Assembly (NCBI RefSeq): GCF_000315625.1
Contig: NW_005434673.1
Span: forward strand, 520,270 to 584,269
Length of the DNA stretch: 64,000 bases
DNA from: Guillardia theta CCMP2712
Lineage: Eukaryota > Protista > Cryptophyta
Direction: 5' to 3'
Part shown: positions 48,530-59,072 of the stretch, piece after piece
Position numbering within the stretch: the stretch's first letter is position 1
Layout: each line of letters opens with the position of its first letter
The notes under the pieces: generated by a model
What the model was told of the DNA's origin: nothing
What the model saw: the letters and a program-made list of their open reading frames with translations, nothing else
Database searches by the model: none
Translations under genes and position numbers: made by a program

Positions 48530-49444
48530 AGGATGACTGATCCCCATGCCCCCCACGACACTGAGCCCCTCGCTGCTATCTTCCCAAGGCGAAGCTTCGG
48601 CAACGAAGAAGTCAGGGCTGCCGTCCAGGTCTCCCTCCCCCAGATAGCCAAGCTCTTTCACCTCAAGCAGTCCGAGGCTGCCGACATCCTCGGCATCTCC
48701 CTGACAGCTCTCAAGAACACCTGCCGCAAGCTCGGCGTCAAGAAGTGGCCCTACGCCCGCAAGAGGTCGCTGTGCGATCTGGAGAAGCTGCAGGAGGAGT
48801 TCTTCATGGAGCTGGAAGGGAAGGCGAGAGAACGGGATGGGAGGGGCTCAGCAACGTCTCAGTCGCAGTCAGAGGATGGGAGGACGTCGAGCTCAGGGAC
48901 GGGGGGGTACGAGAGCGAGGACTGGGAGAAGGCTTATGGGTCATCGCAGGAGGAGCTTTGGTGTGAAGCATACTATCACGTGACAGGCCGGATCTGATCG
49001 CGTTCGGTGGCACTACAAGTGTGAGACTGTGTACGCTGTGATGGTCGATGCTTTGATGAAGTTGTGGAGTGCTATTTCAAAGATAGCTCTGAGAAGACTC
49101 CAAGTCCGTGATGAAACAGCGGCTTCTGGAGACTCTGGCTGAGCTGTTCCGCAGTCCAACCAGGGACTCAGGTGGGGGTACTTCAGGGTTCTGTTGTTCA
49201 TCCGACGAACCTGGAAGTTTGAATTTGTTGCGAGTGATTCTTCCGGGCCGCTACCCGGAGCTCCTCTGCCGGGCTCCAAATAGAACTTCCGAACTCGGAA
49301 ACTTGCCAGTCGTGTTCACGGTTGCAAGTTGAATCATTGTGTACTACAGTAACCGTAACTACTCAGTTGTTAAACTCAGTGCTGAGTGTAGATTGTCATC
49401 CCTTGAAGCAGCTTACTAGCCAGTAGGCTACTCTGAGCATCGGA
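48530..49444 (+). repeat. Right arm of inverted segmental duplication
   Basis: Matches the reverse complement of 44973-45900. Confidence 0.95.
48533..48997 (+). CDS. RWP-RK domain transcription factor (copy 2)
   Basis: Same 154-aa protein as copy 1 except I/F and T/A substitutions near the N-terminus. Confidence 0.88.
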   Translation: MTDPHAPHDTEPLAAIFPRRSFGNEEVRAAVQVSLPQIAKLFHLKQSEAADILGISLTALKNTCRKLGVKKWPYARKRSLCDLEKLQEEFFMELEGKARERDGRGSATSQSQSEDGRTSSSGTGGYESEDWEKAYGSSQEELWCEAYYHVTGRI

Positions 49445-50255
49445 GCCTCAGCGGCTTCAGTACAACGGCGGTTGACTCCACAGATGATTGTGACTCTCAC
49501 TTACTGAGTGCCCCGGGCCCCGCCGGGGGGGCGGCGGCCGCGCCGCCCGGGCCCCGGGTTCCGGCGGCCACGACGGGGGACGGTGCCCGGCACCGTGGGC
49601 CGTGAGTCCCCCAGCGGCGTCAGTCACGCCGGTTGGAATTCCGAGTACGGTTGGCCCGGGCGGTGTCCGGCCCGTCACGCCGGGCTCACAGTGAGTCACG
49701 AGCGTGAGTGTCAATCGGATCATGATTGAATCGTGGCATCGCTTAGCCTGACTCTCAGTGACGGCCGGGCGGCCGCGGCGCCGGCCCGGCCCACGGCCCA
49801 ACAGAGGCTACCAGAAAGTACTGGACAATGGCGGCGAGTCACACGTTGCGAACTTGGGCCAAGTTGAGCTCGGAAGTTCCGGCGGCCCGGTACCGTACTG
49901 TCGGAGCGGCGGCCCGGCGCGGGCCCGGGCCGGGCCGGGCCCGGTATGAGGGGAGATGAGGGACAGTCTGAGTCACATGACGGAAATAGGAAGATCGCGG
50001 GGATGCCGTTGGGGAGGGAGAGGGGGAGGGGGGGGAAGGGGGAGGAGCTGTGAGGATCGGGGAGGTTGAACCCTCAACATGTGCATGCGTTGAGTAGGGA
50101 GACATGCTGCTCTCCCTGAGGTCTCATCAGTGCTGCACTCGTTGACGGGGATGCAATCATGCCTTGGATTGAATGAGATTTTTGTGGTGGAAGCGTTGGA
50201 GTTGAGATGGCTGGTGTGATGGTGTTGGTCTCACTGGAAGCCTCTTCTGCCGCAG

Positions 50256-52872
50256 ATGTCGGGAAGGGAAGAGGAGGAGCTCATGAAACACAGCAAGGAG
50301 CTGCTGTCCGGGGACAAGCTATCCCTTCTTGCGAACAGGCAGAAGCGTTCAGCCCAGGTTGACCCTTCTTCCGGCGTCGTCAGTCCATGTCAGCGCACTG
50401 ACGGCGTGAGAGCAGGACCCCTCCGACGTTCACGGGGGAGGGAGCGGGAAACACGACGACATGTTGAGCAAGCTCCAGACTCTGTCGAACAAGCATGGAG
50501 GGAGCAGCGCCAGACATTCCTTTCAGGTGAACGAGAGTGAATGCGTTGAGCCCTCTGGCGTCCTGACCGGTTGAAAGTCCCTGGACGAGCACGACAGGCT
50601 GTCTGTCAAGAGCGATGACACCGAAGACGGTCTCGAGGACAGCGAGGGTCGCAGGAGCAGGCCTTACACTCAGGACTACCTTGACGTGACCAGGTCTGTC
50701 GACGTGGGTCGGTGCCGACGTGCCTGACGATGGTTGCCTGCTCGCAGCCTCAGCTCTGCCTCGCGGCGATCTGCTGCCCCGCACATCTTCAACATCTACG
50801 AGCAGATCTTCATCGATGGGACTGACGCAGCGCAGAAGCGCTTCCACGTGCCGGAGCTTCCCGAAGAGGTGAAGGAGACGAGTGGAGGATGTGGGGCAGG
50901 GCTGAGGCGATGGGGGGCGGGGATGGAATACAAGGATGCTGGAGTGATGAAATGAGGAGGGGGAGAGGGAGAGGGAGAGGGAAAAGGGGTGAGAGACTGT
51001 ACAGGTCCAGTCGTCGATGAGGCCAACGAAGTACGACTTCGAGGCTGAGCTTGGGATCGTTGGGACCAGAGTAGAAGCAACGCTGTACATAGCAGAGGTA
51101 AACAACAACGTCCTGTCCTCCCTGAGTCTAACGCCTCCTTGTTTCCTGCTTCTCTATCCTCGCCTCCATTCCTCCCCTCCGACAAACGAATACTTCCCCT
51201 CCTGTCTTCCCGTCCTCCTCCTCCCTCTCCGCTCCGTTCCTTAATGGCCTACTGCAGTCTTGGGATCATCTCACGGCGGGGAAAGGAGACAAGAGCATGA
51301 TAGAGAAGCAGGTTGACCTGGAGGCAGTCAACGCTTCCTGTTGGTGAATGGAGGTGTGCAGGTCGTGGCGGATCTTGCCGTCTCCTTAAGGACAGACAAG
51401 TCGAGGCTTCGAGTCGCCGATGTCAGGCCCTCCAAGGACAAGAAAGGCGTCGAAGTCTCCATCCTCATCATGCCCAGCGTGGAGGAGGACGAGCACGACG
51501 CTGTACAGGTGCACTGCCCTCCGACTTGATGCCGGGAGGAGGGGGAGGACTGAAGAGGTCGATCAGATCGGAGAGCGTCTACAGCAGGAGTCTCAAGCTC
51601 CAAACAGCATCTTGCGCTCCATGAATTCAACGCGTCGACTGGTCCGAGTGAGCACCAGGGAGGTTAGTGCGCGAGAGCTGAGGGGAGGAGGACTCATCAG
51701 TGACTTGGCCGATGCAGATCAAGGCTGCTGGGAGTGCGGGGGCGGAGTCGATTGCAGGAGGATACCCGTCGCTGCTGCGGTCGGGGGTTGTGATGGACGA
51801 CAGGAGCGTACGACCCTCCTTGTCGGCTGTGCATGGCCAAGTGCCGACGGAGCTGAGGGTGGGGAACGACAAGTACGCGTCTAAGGTGCTGCGAAGAGGA
51901 GGAGGCATTGAGGGAGCGCAAGGGAGATCGAAGAAGGGGGGAGGCAGAGGAGAGAGGAGAGGGGAGGAGAGGAGAGGAGAGGAGAGGGGAGGAGGGAGGA
52001 AGGAGAAGAGAAAGAAAAGATAGAGGAGAGGAAGGGGAGAAGGAGGACAGCTGATGGAAGGAGAAGGAGAGGAGGGCGAATGCAAGGGAAGGGAGGGAGA
52101 CTGAAGAGTAGAGCACGGGAGGGGGTCTGAAGGAAGGGCAATGTAGAGACAGGAGCTCACGGCCCTCTCCCTGCAGGAGTATCTGGATTGGCAGCAGCGG
52201 GAGCGGGAGGAGGTGCAGCAGGTGACGAGGCGCTCGATCGGCTTGCTCACTTCCTTGACTTCCCCAATCAGATCCAGCAGGCGCGGACAGCACAGGACGG
52301 TTTCTGGGTCGACGTGGAGGCAGGAAACCAGGTAGGAATTCCCCGCTCGTCGTCTCCTTCCCTCCCCTTCTCCAGCCCCCAATCCCTTCCTTTCCCCTTC
52401 CCCTTCCCCTTCCCTTCCCCTTCCCTCTCCTCCCCTCCCCTCCCTCCCCTTCCCTTCCTTTTCCTCCCCTTCCGTGTCCTGTCCTTCTCCCTGTCTCTTG
52501 CTCTGCCTTCCTCCTCCCGTTTCCTCCCTCAGTGACTTCGATGTCCTGCTGCACGATCTTCCTCGACCTGACACAGTCTGCAGCAGGAAAAGAGACAAAC
52601 TTACGGAACTTTCCGCCAGAAGGGCGAAGGGAGGAAGGTATGTTTCCACCAGCCCTCTTCTTCGTCTTCGTTCTCGCCCTCGCCCCCCTCCCCCTCGTCC
52701 TCATCCTCGCCCCCCTCCATCTCCTTCTCCTCATCCTCGTCCTCCTCATTCACTAGCTCTCCCACATTCCCTCCTTCCTCCTTCCTCCCCGCACCACCTC
52801 ACCATTCCGTTCAGCTCCCCCCCTGGGTTTGGCAACTGCTCTCCCTCGCTGCCGTCATCGTCCTCTGCATGA
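50256..52872 (+). CDS. Hypothetical protein, multi-exon
   Basis: Chain of exons with GT-AG sites (MSGREEEE.., HIFNIYEQIF.., RPTKYDFEAELG.., VVADLAVSLRTDKSRLRV.., PNSILRS..TRRL); no domain confidently named. Confidence 0.55.
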
Positions 52873-53222
52873 TCCTCTGCGCCATCTACGTTCGGTTTTT
52901 CCAGCACCGGGAGGGACGATAACGACCCGAGGAGAAGGAGAGGGAGGAGGATACGATCAGCATGTTAACGGGACGAGGAAGGGCATCCATAGAGACTAGA
53001 GGAGGAAGACGAAGAGGAGAAGCGAGTAGGGGGTGGACGGGAGAAGAAGAAAGGGAAGGGAAGGGAAGAAGGAGAAGCGACACTGGAAGGGGAAAAAAGG
53101 TAGAGGCGATTTCCTTCCCTCCCCTTGTTGTCCGTTTGTAGATAATTTATTTTTGTTGTTCCTTCTTTCCTTACAGCTACTAGTTTAACTATGAGACAAG
53201 CCCTTCTCTCCCTCCCCTGGCT

Positions 53223-55464
53223 TTAAGCTCCTCCCTGTGCGGCTGCTCCTCCAGCTGGGCCGTTCGTCCCCACAGCTCCTGTGCTGACGTCAGCCGCAGC
53301 ACAGCAAGAAGGAAGGAGAAGGTCGAGGAGACATCCTTGTGACAACCGAAGGGGGGGGGAGGGATATCATTCAAGGAAGGAGTGGAGTGGAAGGAGGAGA
53401 GACAGGAGCAGCACAGGTGTGCTGAGTAGAGCAGGTGGAGTTTGTTCACCTTGCGGTCCTGGGGCACCCGGAGCTCCATGTGNNNNNNNNNNNNNNNNNN
53501 NNNNNNNNNNNNNNNNNNNNNNNNNNNNNNNNNNNNNNNNNNNNNNNNNNNNNNNNNNNNNNNNNNNNNNNNNNNNNNNNNNAGGGGGGAGGGGAAAGAG
53601 GGAGAGCGTGAGAGGGGGATGGGTACCGGGGTGGAAGGGAGTTTGGAAGGGGAAGGGAGGGAGGGAGGGAGGTTGGCAACTGACTCTCACCTCCAGGGAC
53701 TCCTGCTGTGCCTTCTGGCCCATGAGGACCCGCCAGTCCGTTGTTGCCTTGCACACCAACCGTTCCTGTAGGAAGCAACCGAGATCAGCGAAGTTGGCAG
53801 GAAGACGACGACGAGGAGGAGGAGGAGGAAAAGAATGATCAGCTGTAGTGGCAAGATGCGTTGGGTGGGAGAGTTGGGGGGGTGGGGGGGGGGGGGGGGA
53901 AAGGAGGAGGAGGAGGAAGGATGATATTGAGGGACCTGCTACTCCGTTGATTCCGTGAATTCCTGAGTTACCCACAAGGCCATCGGCACCTGCAGGCAGA
54001 CGACAACGATCACAAAGAGTCGAAAGCCAAGCACAGAAAGGAAACGACAGCATGGACCTCCTCCTGGCAAGCTGTCTTCTCACCCTTCCCCCTTCCCCCT
54101 TCTCATCATACCTCGGGGCCCAGTCTCTCCGTACTTGCCAGGCCGTCCAGGCATCCCCTGAACTCCAGGAGTGCCGGCGACGCCCGGCGCGCCATGTGCT
54201 CCTTCAAGGCCCATGTGCCCCTCCTGTCCTTGGACTCCCATAGGGCCTGTAAAGGAGGAGAATGAGGAGTCGGAAAGATGAGGGAGAGGCAGAAGGGAGG
54301 AAGCGGAAGAGGCAAAGGGAGCAGGGAAAGGAAGTGAGATGAGGACGAGGAGGAGGAAAAGAGAAAGGGAAGGGGAGGAGGAGGCAGGAACTTGAAAGGG
54401 CTGAAAGTGTGAGCTGCTAAGTGGAGGATGGGACGAAGAGTTCTTGCAACGGGTGCCGACTTACCGGGAGGACCATGAAGACCAACAAAGCCGATGGGGC
54501 CCTGCAGCACAGAGACGATCCGACGTGAGAAAACAGTCATGGGATACAAGGAGGAGGAGGCGGCGAGCTAGCAAACAAACGAAGGAAAGAAGGAGGGATA
54601 TTTCAGCAGCAGCAGCGGGAGGACGAGCATCGGCAGGTAGAGGAGGCAGGCAAAGAAAACTGCCAGCTGCATCACCTGCGGTCCCACGGGTCCACGAGGT
54701 CCGTAGACATTCAGACCAGGAGCCCCTTGCATGCCTCTATGCCCAGTCTCTCCCTTGATCCCCTGCAGCCCTTGCAGGCCGTGTGCCCCGGCAAGGCCCG
54801 GCAAACCTGCCGGTCCCTCCCTACCTCGAGCCAGTCAGTCGTGAACCTCGCCCACTCCTCTTCCATCCCACCTGCCCGGCGGCCCCTGCTGACCGGCTGG
54901 GCCGATCTCGCCGCTCATCCCGGGCTCGCCGCGTCTTCCCTCCCTCCCTTCGGGTCCCTGAAGGCCCTCGGGCCCCATATGGCCCATCCCTCCTCTCGCT
55001 CCCATCAGCCCAGGCATGCCCCGGGCGCCCACGAAGCCCACGGGGCCCCGGGGACCGACGGGCCCAGGCTTGCTGAGGAAGATCTTGATGGCTGAAGAGA
55101 GATCATCCATGTTGGAGGAAGCCGTTCTTATGGCGTTGAAGTCCTCGTGCTGCTGCATCCAGCCCTTCCTCATCGCCCTGGACCAGCGGCCAGTATCTGT
55201 GTCGAGGCTCTTCACCTCGTCACTCAGTCTCCCAATCTTGTTCTGCAGGCTCGTCGTCACGAGGTCCGAACAGTCCGGGGTCAGGCAGCCGCCCGGTATG
55301 CCTAGTCTCACGCTGTCCCGTGAGGTCTTGGAGGAAACCAGGTACACACTGACGAGCAGGAGGGACAGCAAGCAGCCTGTGAGGAGCATGGAGCGAAGAG
55401 GCGAACCCTTGCGACAGGTTCCAGGTTGTCGTTCAGGCAGCAGCGGAGTTCGACTTGCTGCCAT
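53223..55464 (-). CDS. Type II transmembrane collagen-like (Gly-X-Y) protein A, multi-exon, interrupted by an assembly gap
   Basis: TM ([18 protein letters not shown]), coiled coil ([15 protein letters not shown]), then [12 protein letters not shown] and Gly-X-Y exons to [18 protein letters not shown]. Confidence 0.85.
53483..53582. other. Assembly gap (100 N)
   Basis: Run of N. Confidence 1.
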
Positions 55465-55893
55465 TGCAGCTGCTGGTCCTTCGGTCGGCGTGACTGCTAG
55501 GGGAGGGGTCAGAGCCGTCTACAAGTTTTGTTCGAGAAAATTCAAGATGAGAGCACTGCTCGATCGTGAGGAGAAGACAAAGACCACGAAGAGGAGGAAA
55601 GGACTTGTTTCGACTCAGCACTCACAGTATCTGCCCACATCACACGGATACAAGGTTCATCGGACAGATGAGCTCGTGCAGAACAATAAGAGCCGCAAGG
55701 TACCAACGACGTGAGTGGAGAAATGAAACTTGAGCATGTCAGAGGCTACGCTACGAATGCACATGGAGATGTCGAGGGGAACAGGGTGGCGATGAATCAG
55801 CAAGTGGAACAACATGGAGGAATGGAAGAGAGTTAGAGGCCGACAACTGCCGTGTGTCAGAGGCAAAGAAGATCAAGAAGGTGAAAGTTGAAC

Positions 55894-56005
55894 GCAGGAG
55901 GAGCAGGGGGAGCAGGAGGAGCAGGGGGAGCAGGGGGAGCAGGAGGAGCAGGGGGAGCAGGAGGAGCAGGGGGAGCAGGGGGAGCAGGGGGAGCAGGAGG
56001 AGCAG
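55894..56005. repeat. 9-bp tandem repeat (GGAGCAGGR)n
   Basis: Directly visible between the collagen genes. Confidence 0.9.
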
Positions 56006-56329
56006 CCAGCACTCCGCAGCTGCGGCAGCATGAAGGGTCGCGATGTAAGCGGAGTGGGTCCGCCTCAGTACACTTTGTGAAACTAGCTGGTGTATCGGGC
56101 GCCTGCATGTGATCCGCCGTCGCCAAATAGCCTGATGACAGGGCCGGGCAGTCTCAGTCAACCGTTGAACGATCAGATGATTTTGAGTAGATGTCAGAGA
56201 AGATGGGATCACTGATGATTGGAGGCGTGGGAAGATTGACGGACAATTTCTGTGGATTTAAGATTTATCGTGTCACTGTCAGCCTGTTTGAAGTTTCTGA
56301 GCAGAGGCGGCAACTGACAGGAAGTAATC

Positions 56330-58169
56330 TTAAGCTGCCAACGCCTTCACTATGCTTGCAATGTATGTATGTCCGAGCGCTCCCTGCGCTCCCTGAGCTC
56401 CCTGAGCCCCATGAGCTCCTCCGCTTGAGCCCACGGCACCGGGAGGGCCTGGACTTCCAGGCGCACCAGAAGCTCCTGCACCAGCATCAGGTCAGCGTCT
56501 GACGGCACGTGAAGTATCTCGATCAGCACCTCCTGGTCCATCCACTCCTCTTGCTCCAGCTGTTCCAGGCTGTCCAGGAGAGCCCGTTACACCAGTGGCT
56601 CCGGCTGTTCCGATAATTCCCATAGGACCTGACGCAGAAGCGTGAGAACCGACGAACATCGGGGAATGCAAGTCATTTACCCGACAATCCGTTGTTGCCC
56701 TGGATTCCGACAGTTCCTGCACAGTCAAAAGCATGAGGGGGAGCAAGCACTCGCCAGCAAGGGCTGGTTCCAACCGACCTGCTACACCCGGGGGACCTGG
56801 CATTCCATGTTCGCCAACGATACCGTCCATACCTGTTGAAGTAGACCATCACTACAGGGCTACTCCCCTCTCTCAGCGAATAACCTCTCTGCCCGGGCAT
56901 GCCTGGGATCCCTCTTCTTCCAGGAATTCCTTGTATTCCTGGCTGACCCGGATATCTATTAAAGGGTTGTCATTGTCACGGACAGTGGTGAGGTACTGGA
57001 GCTCACCCCATATTTCCACGGGGTCCACGCAGACCCACATGACCCTCTTTGCCGGGAGGCCCTCGCAGCCCGGGCATGCCTGAGGGACCCTGGAAGCCCA
57101 TCGGGCCCTGATCATGGCTGTCATTCACCGGACCGATGCTGGGGGTAGGGGGGGATGTACCATGTGGCCTTCTGGTCCTCGTGGGCCGATCACAGTCTTT
57201 CCTGCCGGTCCGCGATGTCCACGAGCTCCTGTGGGCCCCTTCCTGCCCCGCTGCCAACCGAACAATCACAATCCGCCATGCGGCACCGCGACCACTCCTC
57301 ACCCTGCCCTCCAGCCCGGGGACGCCAGAGATTCCTTGCGGACCTGGAAGCGAGAGGTCAGGCAAGCCGGTCGGATCCCTCTCCCACTGCCAACACCTGC
57401 TCTCCCATCCCTTCAAAGGAAAGCAAGTCAGTCACTCAATCTTCCAACAAGATTCGAAGGAGCTACATACCTTCCTGGGGGACCCTGCGGCCCCTGGGGC
57501 CCGATCTCTCCACTCATTCCCATCTGTCCTCTCCTCCCTGACAGAGGGTAAGCAAGCCTTCATCAGCTTCGCTGTCATTACCTTCAAGTCCTTGCCGCCC
57601 TTGCTTTCCTTCGTAACCTACCGGGCCCATAGGCCCTCTGGCCCCAATCACCCCAAAATTGCCCTGTCACATCTTTCAGTGCGGAACACAAGCAGGAGGA
57701 TCTTGCACCCTTGCACCCTGGTAGCCTGGCAGACCCCGAGGACCGACGGGACCTGTGCGAGCGCACGAATAACGTTTGAGTGAGAGGTGGCCAGGCAAAC
57801 TGCGAACAAGACCAAACCTGGAGTCTTCAAAAACCTCTCAGCATTCTCCTCCGCACCATCCACCTCGCGGCTGATGTCTGTCAAGGTCCCTAGACTGAGC
57901 TTCTCCTTCTTTGCCTTCTTCGCAACCGCTTCCTGCCAGTCGGACGCGCTCTCCTTCAGAGCCTCCAGGTTTCCCTTGAGCTTCTCCACAAGGTCCCTCA
58001 GCTTCTGGACATCGCCGCCGGGGTATTCTTGTGGCGCGTCCGACAGGAACGAGGCGCTGTCCTCGCTCCTCAGATCCGACATGGCGACCAGGCACACCAT
58101 CGCCGCCACCACGAGGGCCGCGGACATCGCCGGCAGCCTCCACCCGCCTCGCTCCCTCCCCTTCGCCAT
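56330..58169 (-). CDS. Type II transmembrane collagen-like (Gly-X-Y) protein B, multi-exon
   Basis: TM (AALVVAAMVCLVAM), coiled coil (VQKLRDLVEKLKGNLEAL), FLKTPG|PVGPRG, many Gly-X-Y exons, ends GAQGAQGAQGALGHTYIASIVKALAA*. Confidence 0.85.
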
Positions 58170-58276
58170 GGATGCGAAAGGACACGCAGGGGGCAGCGAA
58201 AGCCCAATAGGAACAGTCCGATCTAGGCGAAGCTTGCTGCCCTCGCTATAAGTGTTTTATATCATAAAACCTTTTT

Positions 58277-59032
58277 ATGGGTAAAACATTCCTTCTTCGC
58301 CCTTATTCCCCCGCAGGCATGGGCGGGGAGGAGGAGCAGGGGAGGCCGGGGTGCATGGACCGCACGTTCGCCAGAGGCTTCTTCATCCGATGCACCTCCA
58401 TCTTCGGCATCATCATCAACTACCTGCTCTTCGTCATGGGGTTCGTCATCACTGCCTACGGCCTGCGCCTTGGCAGCCAGGAGCGGGAGCAGATGACTTT
58501 CCTCTCGCAGCAGTCTCAGAATGCAACGCTGCAGGAGGAGCTCTTCAACTCCATCAACAACCTGTCAGGACTCACTGTCGGTCTCGCCGTGATAGGCATC
58601 CTCTCCATCTTCGTGGCGACCCTGGGCATGTGCGGGTCCGTGAGAGGCTCCAGCAGCTGCCTGCAGTGCTATTCGGTGGTGCTGGTGATCATGCTTGTGT
58701 CTCAAGCTGCGATTGTTGGCCTGCTCTCTACTCGTGTCGCTGATCTTGATCAGTCTGCCAAGGAGGTCATCAAGTCCAGCGCAGCAGCCAGGAACCTGGT
58801 GAAGCAGAGCGGGCAGCAGGCCCTGTACTTTGGGGTCCTCGCCTTCGGGGTAGAGTTCGTGGGGTTCATCTTTGCGCTGCTGGCCCGAGCGGCGCTGAAT
58901 CGGAAGAAGCGGGAGGAGGAGTGGAACATGGACCTGGGAGAGCTAAAGTCGATCGGAGACATCAGGTCCAACGTAAGCGACCACTTCAAGAAGTCCAAGC
59001 ACAAGAGCAACGCCATCCGCCTCGAGGACTGA
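58277..59032 (+). CDS. Tetraspanin-like 4-TM protein with short Cys-free EC2; intronless (start may be 58319)
   Basis: Four hydrophobic helices; TM1 Asn (IINYLLFVMG), LGMCGSVRGSSSCL..Y signature, TM4 Glu; no CCG motif. Confidence 0.75.
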   Translation: MGKTFLLRPYSPAGMGGEEEQGRPGCMDRTFARGFFIRCTSIFGIIINYLLFVMGFVITAYGLRLGSQEREQMTFLSQQSQNATLQEELFNSINNLSGLTVGLAVIGILSIFVATLGMCGSVRGSSSCLQCYSVVLVIMLVSQAAIVGLLSTRVADLDQSAKEVIKSSAAARNLVKQSGQQALYFGVLAFGVEFVGFIFALLARAALNRKKREEEWNMDLGELKSIGDIRSNVSDHFKKSKHKSNAIRLED

Positions 59033-59072
59033 TCTTTCTTGCATTGTAAATAGAACACACGGTAGCTCTGAG

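Noticed and set aside
44973-49444. DNA transposon with ~0.9-kb terminal inverted repeats
   Set aside because: The arms are host gene copies, there is no transposase, the outer ends are ragged and no target-site duplication was identified.
55547-56126. Small gene or third collagen between the two collagens (GGA/PAP repeat)
   Set aside because: The 9-bp repeat lacks a consistent spliced frame or leader. A small + strand gene cannot be excluded but is unsupported.
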